IMG/VR virus record: IMGVR_UViG_3300045988_175656 | Reading direction: 5' to 3' (one strand) | DNA length: 64,000 nucleotides | From: a virus | Shown: piece by piece, positions 1 through 8,916 of the stretch | Layout of the letters: each line of letters begins with the position of its first letter | How positions within the stretch are numbered: position 1 is the first letter of the stretch | Program-made: the position numbers and the translations under genes | The notes under the pieces: generated by a model | Told to the model about the DNA's origin: nothing | The model's input: the letters and a program-made list of their open reading frames with translations, nothing else | The model's database searches: none

Positions 1-25
1 GGTATAATTACTGTTAAATCTTTCA

Positions 26-1195
26 TTATTCTTCTATTTTTTCATCATTTATTTTACTTTTTGCTACAATGATAACTTCTTCAAATTCTTTTACTCTTTC
101 ATCAATATAAGAATTTATTAAATTATTCAAATTAAGTTTATATTCATCAAATGAATATTTTTTAGCAGTTTCTTTCATTGCATCTGTAATTTCAGATGGA
201 ATATCATCATTTATCCATGTTCGTATAACATCAGCAATAATTTTATGTACACTATTAATGTCATTGAACCATATTCCGTTATCCAATAATTGTGTTTTAT
301 CTTCTGATAACATCCATTCAGGTATTAATTCAGGAATTTTACCAATTACAATATTTCCAGATTTAATAGCTTCAAGTGGCGCATAACCAAATTGTGTATC
401 ACTATCAACCCAAATAGTAATTGCACCTTCACGTAAATAATCAGCAAACATTTCTCTTGGATAACTTCTCAAATCTCTAAATGATACCCATTTATACATT
501 GGATATTTCCAATAAAATGGTTTAATGATTTTGTTGGCATCTTTTTGTGATTTCGTTATAATGTTTACAATTAATTTTTTAGGCTCATTTCCCTCATAAA
601 AATAAGAAGGTATATAAGGAGTAAGTACTTTTGTTTTAACATAAGGAAATACAGAGTTAACCAATTCAGCTTGGTTTAAGCAACTAGTAATTGTATCTGT
701 AATACCAAAGTTAGCCCAAGAAACACCTACTTGGATAAAATCTGTAAGGTAATTATAGTTTTGTGTTAATACGATTCTTTTACAAGATAATTTTTTTGTT
801 TGGTTCATTACAGAAGAATAAACTTCAGGAATGATTAAAAAATCTGATGGTGATACTTCTAATTCTTCGTTTTGAATATTAGCATGTTCAAGTGTTGCAT
901 ATTTTTCACCAAGAGATTCAGTAACACCAACAAAAATTCTATTATCATCAATTGGTTGATTTTCTAAATCTAATTTTTTTAACTCTTCGGCAGTATATTC
1001 ATTATCTAATTGATATAACATTTTAACATTATAGCCAAGTTGTTGTAATGTTAAAGCCATTTGGTATATGTATGATATATATCCTGTTGCGTTATTTTTA
1101 GCATCAGGCACATAAAATAACACTTTAAAAGATTTATCTTTTAATTTTCCTATTTCAGTTTCAATTCTTTGTACAATTTCTTTGGTATTATCCAT
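26..1195 (-). CDS. GT-B fold glycosyltransferase (GT1/GT4-like)
   Basis: 389-aa ORF. N-terminal Rossmann-like strand KVLFYVPD. C-terminal FGYAPLEAIKSGNIVIG resembles the FG..lEA.a.G.PVI nucleotide-sugar-binding helix of GT4-type enzymes. Confidence 0.55.
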   Translation of the reverse strand: MDNTKEIVQRIETEIGKLKDKSFKVLFYVPDAKNNATGYISYIYQMALTLQQLGYNVKMLYQLDNEYTAEELKKLDLENQPIDDNRIFVGVTESLGEKYATLEHANIQNEELEVSPSDFLIIPEVYSSVMNQTKKLSCKRIVLTQNYNYLTDFIQVGVSWANFGITDTITSCLNQAELVNSVFPYVKTKVLTPYIPSYFYEGNEPKKLIVNIITKSQKDANKIIKPFYWKYPMYKWVSFRDLRSYPREMFADYLREGAITIWVDSDTQFGYAPLEAIKSGNIVIGKIPELIPEWMLSEDKTQLLDNGIWFNDINSVHKIIADVIRTWINDDIPSEITDAMKETAKKYSFDEYKLNLNNLINSYIDERVKEFEEVIIVAKSKINDEKIEE

Positions 1196-1197
1196 GA

Positions 1198-1599
1198 TTA
1201 ATTTTGTTTAACATTTATTAAAAATCCTTTGTTTAAAAAGGTATTGAATGCAATTGCTTCTCCTACTGATACACTTTCAACTAAACTTTCAGTTGCAGCA
1301 TCTTGTTCTACAACTTCACCAAATGGATTTGTTTTAACCCCAATTCCCATGATAACTTCAAGCAATTGTCTTGTTAAATCATATTTGATAGCATCAATAT
1401 TATTTGCATTATCATTATTTTTATTTTCAGTCAATTGTTTAGTAACAAGTTTTAACTTACTTTCGTCATCATTTTCATCAGTTGAATAAACTAATGTTTG
1501 AGAACTTTCAATATTTTTATTATTGTGTGGCTTGAAGATGAAATTAATAATCTCGTCTAAATCAAGTGCATAAATTTCGTTTTCTATTTCTAAAAACAT
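1198..1599 (-). CDS. hypothetical protein (acidic)
   Basis: 133-aa ORF tightly packed in the minus-strand operon (3-nt gap to the next gene). No recognisable motif. Confidence 0.55.
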   Translation of the reverse strand: MFLEIENEIYALDLDEIINFIFKPHNNKNIESSQTLVYSTDENDDESKLKLVTKQLTENKNNDNANNIDAIKYDLTRQLLEVIMGIGVKTNPFGEVVEQDAATESLVESVSVGEAIAFNTFLNKGFLINVKQN

Positions 1600-1603
1600 A
1601 TTA

Positions 1604-2236
1604 TTATTGTTTTTTAATTTTATTTAAAATATCTTCCATTACTTTTGTCCCACCTTGCATTAATTCCATAAAAGAATCAAATTCATAATCAGCTTCAGAT
1701 TCGGTGTTATAAGAAGATTTAATTTTGATACTAACTTTACCTTCAGGTTTATTATCTAGTAACCAAGGGTTAGCTGTAATTAATATATCGCACCTATCCC
1801 AAATAGTCAATGAATCTTTAGGAAAATAATATTCTCTCACTCTTGATGCTATTTTATGTAAGAAATATAAACTTGCTTGAATTGTTAGATTGATTTCAAA
1901 TGGGCTTACTAACATCACATCAGGCTCGTTTGGATTATCATCTTCATCCACAATATTTCTTAGGTCATTTCCAAGCCACTCATGAAATCTAAATTGTAGT
2001 TGCCGAGCCATTGGTTCAGCACATCCAAATAATTCATAAGGATGGTCAGTATATACAAAATCTTGATATTCTTCTTCACTATCAAAAGGAAAAGTTTGTG
2101 TCAAATCACTGCTTTCAATATTAACATTGTCAATATCAAAATGTGGGTCAATATCTTTTTTATATTGAGATGCAAATTGTGATGTGTATGAACGAATCAC
2201 ATCATTAAGGTCGATTGCTATTTTAGTTTTCATCAA
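1604..2236 (-). CDS. HAD-superfamily 5'(3')-deoxyribonucleotidase-like protein with atypical motif I
   Basis: 210-aa ORF. N-terminal KIAIDLNDVI aligns with HAD motif I (DxDxV) but reads D-L-N-D-V. CDILITANPWLLDN resembles the NT5C C-terminal IDD region. Alignment is by eye only. Confidence 0.35.
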   Translation of the reverse strand: MMKTKIAIDLNDVIRSYTSQFASQYKKDIDPHFDIDNVNIESSDLTQTFPFDSEEEYQDFVYTDHPYELFGCAEPMARQLQFRFHEWLGNDLRNIVDEDDNPNEPDVMLVSPFEINLTIQASLYFLHKIASRVREYYFPKDSLTIWDRCDILITANPWLLDNKPEGKVSIKIKSSYNTESEADYEFDSFMELMQGGTKVMEDILNKIKKQ

Positions 2237-2786
2237 AGGCTTTTATTAATTCATTATTTTTATTATAATATTTAACTGTTGGAACTGGTACATCAGTTAA
2301 TGCTTTAAAATGGCATTTAGGACATTCAGTTGTGATTATTCTTTCAAAATTATATGGATTCCAAGATACACTGTTAAAAGATATTAATTCTTCTCCACAT
2401 TTAGGACAAAACACATGTTCTATTACCACTCTAACATCTTCTTCAGTTGATATTAAATCACATACGTTTATTTTAGGAATATTTTTGAATAGGTTTTCAA
2501 TTTTTTTTTCTCCTTGTATAGTTGCTGTTGGTAAATCATCAATAGAATTATATTCCCATGTTCTTTTTTTATTAATAGGTTGTTCTATATTTTCAGGTAG
2601 TCCACCCAGTTCTTTAATTTTTTGTTCTAATTGTTTTTGATATTCATCGTCACTTGGTATTTGAGACAAGATTTCATCAAATTCTATTTTTTTAAAATCA
2701 TTTGTATTATTGTTATGATTTTCAATTGGTTTAGAGAAACTTTCTTTATTAAGTTGTTTTTTAAACATCTCTTCTATATTACTCAT
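2223..2786 (-). CDS. hypothetical zinc-ribbon protein
   Basis: 187-aa ORF. Paired CPKCGEEL ... CPKCHF motifs in the C-terminal half. Overlaps the downstream gene by 14 nt, consistent with operon coupling. Confidence 0.55.
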   Translation of the reverse strand: MSNIEEMFKKQLNKESFSKPIENHNNNTNDFKKIEFDEILSQIPSDDEYQKQLEQKIKELGGLPENIEQPINKKRTWEYNSIDDLPTATIQGEKKIENLFKNIPKINVCDLISTEEDVRVVIEHVFCPKCGEELISFNSVSWNPYNFERIITTECPKCHFKALTDVPVPTVKYYNKNNELIKAFDEN

Positions 2787-2811
2787 GATGTATTTAATTT
2801 CTTTTTTGTTA

Positions 2812-3210
2812 TTATAAATGTTCTTCTAAATTGAAATACCTAAAACCTTGAAAACCTTTCATTGGTATTTCTCTTTCTAATGGGTGAAAAGGTCCTGAAC
2901 GCATAATAAATTTTCCCATCCATTTTCTTCCAGTTGTTGAACAAGTAAATTCTTTTTCTTCCATTCCAACAACTTCCATCCATCCTTTTACTTTCCCATC
3001 ATGAACAATATAACATTTATCCCCTTTATTAATACCTTTTGGAAAAAATGGAACTTTAAAATTCATTACTTGCGAATAATCTTTAACAGCATCCATTTCT
3101 TTTTGATAATCTTCCCATTGTTCTGATGATGGTAATGTAACTACAATTGCACGTTCTGATTTTAGAACATCTTCAAAAATTTTCACTAAATTTAAGTTAC
3201 TATCTGCCAC
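2812..3210 (-). CDS. hypothetical protein (possible small beta-barrel/PUA-like fold)
   Basis: 132-aa ORF beginning with GTG (no in-frame ATG until residue 39). GDKCYIVHDGKVKGWMEV looks like a beta-hairpin core. The fold assignment is a weak guess. Confidence 0.45.
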   Translation of the reverse strand: MADSNLNLVKIFEDVLKSERAIVVTLPSSEQWEDYQKEMDAVKDYSQVMNFKVPFFPKGINKGDKCYIVHDGKVKGWMEVVGMEEKEFTCSTTGRKWMGKFIMRSGPFHPLEREIPMKGFQGFRYFNLEEHL

Positions 3211-3271
3211 AGCTTTTATTTTTTATACAAAATAAGTACTAAATATCATAAAATAAAGATTTATAAGAAAA

Positions 3272-3310
3272 ATAATAAAAAAAATGATGTATTTTTCTAA
3301 TACATCATTT
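3272..3310 (-). terminator. rho-independent terminator
   Basis: 10-bp stem AAATGATGTA/TACATCATTT (3282..3291 / 3301..3310) with a 9-nt loop. Followed on the minus strand by a T-run. Overlaps the stop of 3305..3826. Confidence 0.6.
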
Positions 3311-3826
3311 AAATTTTTCATTAACATCAATTCCTTTATCATTTGTATAACTAAAATCAAAACTTGTAGGCGTTAACTCTTCTATTTTGTCTAACATTTT
3401 CTTTTTGTATTTGTCAGCCATTCCTTTTTGCATATAAGCAATTGTCATATGTGGATGATATTCTTTATATGCAGAATGTAATTCAAAATTTTCTTTTATT
3501 TTATTATAAGTTTTATGCATATTAGGGCATTTAACATCAGCTTTTAATACATCATAATTATCATTTTCAAATATAGATATATTATTTAATATACATTTAT
3601 ATTCTTTCAAAGGTAATAATAACTCTTTTAATTTATTTATGTCAACATCAGAATCTAAACAAGGAGCTAATGTAACATGACTTTCTTTTTCAAAACCATA
3701 TTGATTATCTTTTTTCTCTTCATCAGTACCAAAATACAATTCATTGTTAGGAATTTTATTTTGCAAATCTTTTATAAAAGATGGCATTTCATAATCAATC
3801 ATTAAAAATGCATATTCTCTTGCCAT
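3305..3826 (-). CDS. 2H phosphoesterase superfamily protein (LigT / 2',5'- or cyclic-nucleotide phosphodiesterase-like)
   Basis: 173-aa ORF with two H-x-T-x motifs at the expected spacing: H50-V-T-L (ESHVTLAP) and H126-M-T-I (HPHMTIAY). Confidence 0.7.
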   Translation of the reverse strand: MAREYAFLMIDYEMPSFIKDLQNKIPNNELYFGTDEEKKDNQYGFEKESHVTLAPCLDSDVDINKLKELLLPLKEYKCILNNISIFENDNYDVLKADVKCPNMHKTYNKIKENFELHSAYKEYHPHMTIAYMQKGMADKYKKKMLDKIEELTPTSFDFSYTNDKGIDVNEKFK

Positions 3827-3829
3827 ATA

Positions 3830-4915
3830 CTAAACTTTTTTTTCCTTTATTAATTTATCTAAACAATCTTTACACAAGACTTTCCCATATGTTTCTAACG
3901 TAATTTGAGCATCATAAAACTCTATTTCTCCATTATTAGTTTTATAATGTTCAATCCCATCCTCACCTATTATAATTTCATAACCATTACCTTTATTTGG
4001 TCTCAAATGTGCTTCATTTGACATTATTTTACCACATTCAGCACATACATATTCTTTTTTATCTATTTCTGATAAGTTAAAAATAACATCTTTCTTTTCA
4101 TTGTTTTGATATTTTTCATCCATAGTTTTGTTATAAAAACGAGCAGTTAAATCAACAGGTTCATTTTTTAAATGTGCTTTAAACTTAATAACAAAATTCC
4201 CATCAAAAATATCAATTTTCTTAAAGAAAATATTATCAAATTTATATTCCATTAAATCTCTTACCCCATGTGCCTTATGTGTAATAAATTTCAATCCTTG
4301 TAAATCAATAACATCTGATTTAATGCCACTATCTTTTATTTTATTAACTTCATTAATAAATCCTTTTGACAAATATTTAAATTCATTAGGATATATTGTT
4401 GCATAAAAATCAAGCTGCACATGAGTATCATCTATTTTCTTTACAACTAATTTAGTTGTAAATTCTTCTATTCTGAATCTAGGAAAAAAATCTCGCTCCA
4501 CTTGTAAAATATATTTTGTCTGGTCTCCATATGTATTAACTCGATTAATTTCATCTAGAACTCCTTTTCCCATTTCTTCATTACCTTGAATTAAAATCAA
4601 TTCATATCCTTCTGATTCATCAATATGTACATGTTGGCTATCTTGTTTTGGTAATACCAAACCTGTTGTGATATACTCTAGTTTTGATGCTTCATCAGCC
4701 ACTTTATATGTTCTATATCTTAATTCCTGAACTGCTTGTGTTTCTTGACCATTCAACAATGCACGAGACATTTTTTCAGCATCAACGTTTTGATTAATTG
4801 ATACACCTTCATCACTTTGTGCTCCTTTTTGTGTTAAAATTTCAGTTTCAGTAATTTTAAGACCATACATTAAACCATACCATAAATTTTTTGCTTTATC
4901 AACTATTTTTCCCAT
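3830..4915 (-). CDS. hypothetical protein with C-terminal CxxC...CxxC zinc-ribbon
   Basis: 361-aa ORF. C-terminal CAECGK ... CKDCLDKL. ATGA start/stop overlap with the upstream gene at 4915. Confidence 0.6.
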   Translation of the reverse strand: MGKIVDKAKNLWYGLMYGLKITETEILTQKGAQSDEGVSINQNVDAEKMSRALLNGQETQAVQELRYRTYKVADEASKLEYITTGLVLPKQDSQHVHIDESEGYELILIQGNEEMGKGVLDEINRVNTYGDQTKYILQVERDFFPRFRIEEFTTKLVVKKIDDTHVQLDFYATIYPNEFKYLSKGFINEVNKIKDSGIKSDVIDLQGLKFITHKAHGVRDLMEYKFDNIFFKKIDIFDGNFVIKFKAHLKNEPVDLTARFYNKTMDEKYQNNEKKDVIFNLSEIDKKEYVCAECGKIMSNEAHLRPNKGNGYEIIIGEDGIEHYKTNNGEIEFYDAQITLETYGKVLCKDCLDKLIKEKKV

Positions 4916-5151
4916 TAGTCAATTATTTCTAATAACTTATTCTTAATTTGAGCATTAATCAAATAATTAATGTGTTTAAATTTATTCATTTCATTTATTA
5001 CATTATTATCATAAAGCACATTTCCAAATTGGTTCGTGCTATTAATACTAGCGTTATTACTTAAAAAATCACAAATATTCTTTGATGCTATTGCATATTC
5101 ATTTAATTCAGATATAGACATCTGTTTTAAATCAATTTTTGTTTTTGTCAT
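4915..5151 (-). CDS. hypothetical protein
   Basis: 78-aa ORF, first gene after the terminator at 5203..5223. Translationally coupled to the next gene. Confidence 0.45.
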   Translation of the reverse strand: MTKTKIDLKQMSISELNEYAIASKNICDFLSNNASINSTNQFGNVLYDNNVINEMNKFKHINYLINAQIKNKLLEIID

Positions 5152-5202
5152 ATTATTTTTTTTTTTATATAAAATAATATAAAATTAGTAAAAGTAAATA
5201 AA

Positions 5203-5223
5203 AAAGGAGCTTTTAGCTCCTTT
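5203..5223 (-). terminator. rho-independent terminator
   Basis: Stem AAAGGAGCT / AGCTCCTTT with a 3-nt loop and A/T-rich flanks. Lies at the stop of the GMP reductase gene. Confidence 0.55.
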
Positions 5224-6304
5224 ATTTATTAATCACCTGATATGCATTATTTGATATAATGTTTAATGTGACTTTACCACAAAAATTTACCAATTCAAGA
5301 CAATTTGTATAAGACATTGCAGAGCGTAAATACGAAATAAAATTATCAACCCACCCTTCCATTGTATATTCTACGGGGCGATAAGTAATTAGACCTTCTC
5401 CAGTTTTTAATGTTTTATTACCCATTTCTTTTTGCGCCTTTTTGGTGGACATACCATAAAATTCTTTTTCAAATTTATACCCTTCTTTAAATTTGTTTAA
5501 AGCTTCTTGGCTATATTGGTCTATTTTAGAAATAAATCCATTATCATCTATTGATGTATATGCAGCACTTTCCAACATTTTATTAAATATAGAACCACAC
5601 ATTACAAAATGAGCACCTAAAGCTAATGCCTTTATAATATCACCATATCCCTTCATACCGCCATCTGCAACAATAAATGCTAATTCACTTGAATTACACA
5701 AATAACTATCATAATATTGTCTACATTTATCTATTAAAGATGCCATTGGATAATGAATACCTGTGTTTGGAGATGTTGTACATGCACCGCCTGTTCCAAC
5801 TGATAATCTAACATAGTCAGCCCCAGCAAGTGATAAATTAACATATGTTTCTGGATTTGCAACATTACCTGCCATTATAACAATCTTACTATTATATTTC
5901 TTTTTAGCATCTTTAATATAATCCAATAATTTTACCATTCCACCATTAGCAATATCAATCAATACATACATAGGTTTACCATTATTATTAGCATATGTAT
6001 CTAAAAAATATAATTTGAATTCAGCCAAAGAAAATGCACACCAAACATTATTCATTTTTTGTAAACGCATTTGAATATCTTCAGTTCTTGGAAGAATAGG
6101 ATTTATATTATTCTCAATAAACTTATTATAATTTGTTGAATTGACAACTGTTGACATTGGGGCTGTAAATAAAGGTAACATACCATCAGGCATATAAGGA
6201 TTGCACTCACATCTATGTTCCACCCTAGTTGATGATGATGGCATTATTGCCACATCATTTAACGAATAAAGCATTTTTTCTATAATCATTTTTCTATTAG
6301 ACAT
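5222..6304 (-). CDS. guaC: GMP reductase (IMPDH/GMPR family, no CBS insert)
   Basis: 360 aa. Colinear by eye with E. coli GuaC: LNDVAIMPSSST, PLFTAPMSTV, VLIDIANG, catalytic-Cys loop SVGTGGACTTS, IVADGGMKGYGDIIKALALGAHFVMCGS, FYGMS. Confidence 0.8.
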   Translation of the reverse strand: MSNRKMIIEKMLYSLNDVAIMPSSSTRVEHRCECNPYMPDGMLPLFTAPMSTVVNSTNYNKFIENNINPILPRTEDIQMRLQKMNNVWCAFSLAEFKLYFLDTYANNNGKPMYVLIDIANGGMVKLLDYIKDAKKKYNSKIVIMAGNVANPETYVNLSLAGADYVRLSVGTGGACTTSPNTGIHYPMASLIDKCRQYYDSYLCNSSELAFIVADGGMKGYGDIIKALALGAHFVMCGSIFNKMLESAAYTSIDDNGFISKIDQYSQEALNKFKEGYKFEKEFYGMSTKKAQKEMGNKTLKTGEGLITYRPVEYTMEGWVDNFISYLRSAMSYTNCLELVNFCGKVTLNIISNNAYQVINK

Positions 6305-6308
6305 TAAA

Positions 6309-6336
6309 AATCCAGTATATAAATATACACTGGATT
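6309..6336 (-). terminator. hairpin between dut and guaC (weak terminator or RNA-processing/stability element)
   Basis: 8-bp stem AATCCAGT/ACTGGATT with a 12-nt AT loop. The downstream T-run is poor. Confidence 0.3.
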
Positions 6337-6352
6337 ATTGTTAAAATTAATA

Positions 6353-6952
6353 TTATTTAGTACCTGAACTACCAAAACCATTTTTACCTCTACCTGTGTT
6401 TTCATCAATTTCACTTACCTTCGTAAGTGAAGTCAAATAGCTGTTATAAACAGGCATTAGAACTCCTTGTGCTATTCTATCTCCATTATGTATTTTAACA
6501 TAATCATTTGATAAATTTATCATAATAACACATATTTCTCCACGATATTTTTCATCAATAGTACCAGGTGTATTCAATACAATTAAACCTTGTTTAATAC
6601 TTGTACCACTACGAGGTCTTATTTGTAATTCAGTATATTCAGGAAGTTCAAAATATAACCCAGTATGAATCATTCTTCGTTCAAATGGAGCAAGTAAAAT
6701 GTATGGCTGCATATCTTCACTATCACCACACAGCCCTTTACCATCTTCACAATCAATCCACGCTCTTAAATCAAAACCACTATCACCATCATTAGCATAT
6801 GTAGGGTCAATATTATTTGATTTATTAACAAATTTTAAATTTTGTATATCCAAATTTTCATTATCCCATTGGATTTTCTTCTTATAAGAATGGTGTCCTG
6901 GACCCATTATGCCATTACTTTCTGTGATATACCCTTTTTTCCCAAAACTCAT
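6353..6952 (-). CDS. dut: trimeric dUTP diphosphatase with N-terminal extension and internal Cys/acidic insert
   Basis: All five dUTPase motifs are present: SGFDLRA, IRPRSG, GTIDEKYRGE, GDRIAQ, RGKNGFGSSG. There are about 55 extra N-terminal residues and an insert, WIDCEDGKGLCGDSEDMQ. Confidence 0.85.
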   Translation of the reverse strand: MSFGKKGYITESNGIMGPGHHSYKKKIQWDNENLDIQNLKFVNKSNNIDPTYANDGDSGFDLRAWIDCEDGKGLCGDSEDMQPYILLAPFERRMIHTGLYFELPEYTELQIRPRSGTSIKQGLIVLNTPGTIDEKYRGEICVIMINLSNDYVKIHNGDRIAQGVLMPVYNSYLTSLTKVSEIDENTGRGKNGFGSSGTK

Positions 6953-7548
6953 TCTTCTTTTTTTGTTTTTTCTTTTATTGTCTTTTTGTAGCTTTCTCTT
7001 AAATCAGCATTAACTAATAAATTAGTCATTTTAACAATTGTTGCTAAAGGACTTGCATAGTATTGTGATTTATCATCATTGTCTTTATCAATAATTCGTA
7101 TAGCTTCATATTCTTCCTCAGTCAATTTAATACCATATTTCATACAGATATATGCTGACCTTTCACCTGTTTTCAACTGCCCTTTAATTTCAGGATTAAA
7201 TTCATAAAGAACACCTCTTTTTCTTTGCCAATCAACAGTTTGTTCAACAAACATTTCACATTTTGAAATATGTTGTAGCAATAAAACTTTCAGTAAAGAT
7301 TCTTTATTAACTTTCATGGACTCACTTAATGTATTGTTTATATTAAATGAATATAAACATAACTTATTTAATACAATATCAAGCAATGAGCCATCATATG
7401 CTGAACCACTATCTTCACTCATGCCATAAGATGCTTTTTTAAGCAAATCCCCATAAGTATTTATTAATTCTTCTGAATAACAATTATATGTTTGTAACCT
7501 TTTAATCCACTTGTCAAAGTTGGATTCCATTTCTTTATTTGTAATCAT
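6949..7548 (-). CDS. hypothetical protein (possibly a degenerate HD-domain-like fold)
   Basis: 199-aa ORF directly downstream of promoter 7567..7601. YDGSLLDIVLN and VLLLQHISK resemble the YhaM/HD motifs GGLLEHTL and LLHDIGK, but the His/Asp ligands are substituted. The resemblance is weak. Confidence 0.5.
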   Translation of the reverse strand: MITNKEMESNFDKWIKRLQTYNCYSEELINTYGDLLKKASYGMSEDSGSAYDGSLLDIVLNKLCLYSFNINNTLSESMKVNKESLLKVLLLQHISKCEMFVEQTVDWQRKRGVLYEFNPEIKGQLKTGERSAYICMKYGIKLTEEEYEAIRIIDKDNDDKSQYYASPLATIVKMTNLLVNADLRESYKKTIKEKTKKEE

Positions 7549-7566
7549 TGCATAAAATTTTTCTCA

Positions 7567-7601
7567 TTGCAAATATACGACTTTTTAATCACTTTTACAA
7601 C
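7567..7601 (-). promoter_or_regulatory. Bacteroidota-type promoter (GTTG-N20-TATATTTG)
   Basis: The minus strand reads GTTGTAAAAGTGATTAAAAAGTCGTATATTTGCAATG. The -7 box is at 7570..7577 and the downstream ATG at 7548. Confidence 0.7.
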
Positions 7602-8827
7602 TTACTATTCACTATGCTTTCATAAAATTCAGCTCTTTTAACAGTTATAGTTTCAATAGAGTATTTGTCTTTTACTGTGTTGTATAGATTTTCTGCCATT
7701 TTATTAATATATTCAGGATGTTGTACCAATGTAGTAATATATTTAGCCCATTGTTTATGGTTCTTTTTTGATTCCACCAATAGCCCATTACCACTTTCAT
7801 CAATATTTCCTTGTTTAATAAATGGTTTTAAATCAATTGTATAAGGTCCAAAGTTTTGGGCGATAATTGCTTTATGAAAAAATCCAGCTTCAATAACCTT
7901 TAATTGTGATTTATATTTATTGAAATCACATTCTTTTAGTGGTACTAATAATACATCAATATTATTATAATGTGTAGCATATTGGTTAATAGGTTTAGTC
8001 CAGCATCTTCTATACATTTCTTTATCGTTATATGGATAGTCCATATTTGGGATAAATCTATGCAAAAATGATGAATAAGGCTGTGATACTAATTTATAAT
8101 TATCAGTTAATACCTTCTCATATCTATACCAAACAGTTTCTTGTGGCATAATGGGTCTTTCACGAATTTGTCCAGTTTGTGCATCTTTTTCTCGATACAT
8201 ACCATTAGTATCAAAACCACATAAAACAAATTGACATTTGGCTAAAATATCTTTGGGTAATGAGTTAGTCAAACCTTGTAAAATATTAATATCGTGTTCA
8301 TGTGAACTCCCACAAATAATTCCAAAACGTATTTTTTCACTTTTAACATCAATAGGTTGAAATTGTTTTTCACTTTTATCAATTGCATTTGGTAAAACAA
8401 TTACATTTTTATTATGTTTTTTTAAACAATTAACAAAAATATCTGTTGTAGTTGTCACATAATCAGACATTCTAATATTATCAATTAATTTTTGTTTAGT
8501 GTTAGTCGTTTTATAGACAGCAGACATTGGATGAAATGAACCTAAATCATAATAATCATCAATATCCATTACTGTAATTGTTTTTTTATCTTTAAGATAT
8601 TTTAATACTTCAACACATTTATCATAAGAGTTAGAAATGTTTTTACTAAAATGAATAATATCAAATTCTTCAAAATAAGTTAATGGTTTATTAGTTACAT
8701 CATATTCAATTGTAACATCAAATTTATCACCATATAATTCACTTAATTTTGTATGAGGATTAAGTGAACGGAAATAACCAACACCAAATTTATCACTAGG
8801 CAAGCATAACACTTTTATTTTATCCAT
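7595..8827 (-). CDS. putative glycosyltransferase (GT-B-like)
   Basis: 410-aa ORF. N-terminal KVLCLPSDKFGVGYFR is Rossmann-like. C-terminal SQLKVIEAGFFHKAIIAQN resembles the GT-B EA.a.G helix. Moderate support only. Confidence 0.45.
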   Translation of the reverse strand: MDKIKVLCLPSDKFGVGYFRSLNPHTKLSELYGDKFDVTIEYDVTNKPLTYFEEFDIIHFSKNISNSYDKCVEVLKYLKDKKTITVMDIDDYYDLGSFHPMSAVYKTTNTKQKLIDNIRMSDYVTTTTDIFVNCLKKHNKNVIVLPNAIDKSEKQFQPIDVKSEKIRFGIICGSSHEHDINILQGLTNSLPKDILAKCQFVLCGFDTNGMYREKDAQTGQIRERPIMPQETVWYRYEKVLTDNYKLVSQPYSSFLHRFIPNMDYPYNDKEMYRRCWTKPINQYATHYNNIDVLLVPLKECDFNKYKSQLKVIEAGFFHKAIIAQNFGPYTIDLKPFIKQGNIDESGNGLLVESKKNHKQWAKYITTLVQHPEYINKMAENLYNTVKDKYSIETITVKRAEFYESIVNSKL

Positions 8828-8885
8828 ATTTATGATTTTTTAGAAAAAATAAAGATAAAATTTTTATTGTAAACAGATATATAAT

Positions 8886-8916
8886 AAAAAAACCTGCTTA
8901 ATTTGCAGGTTTTTTA
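8886..8916 (-). terminator. rho-independent terminator (symmetric A/T flanks)
   Basis: AAAAAACCTGC-TTAATTT-GCAGGTTTTTT. Overlaps the stop of 8898..9626. Confidence 0.6.
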
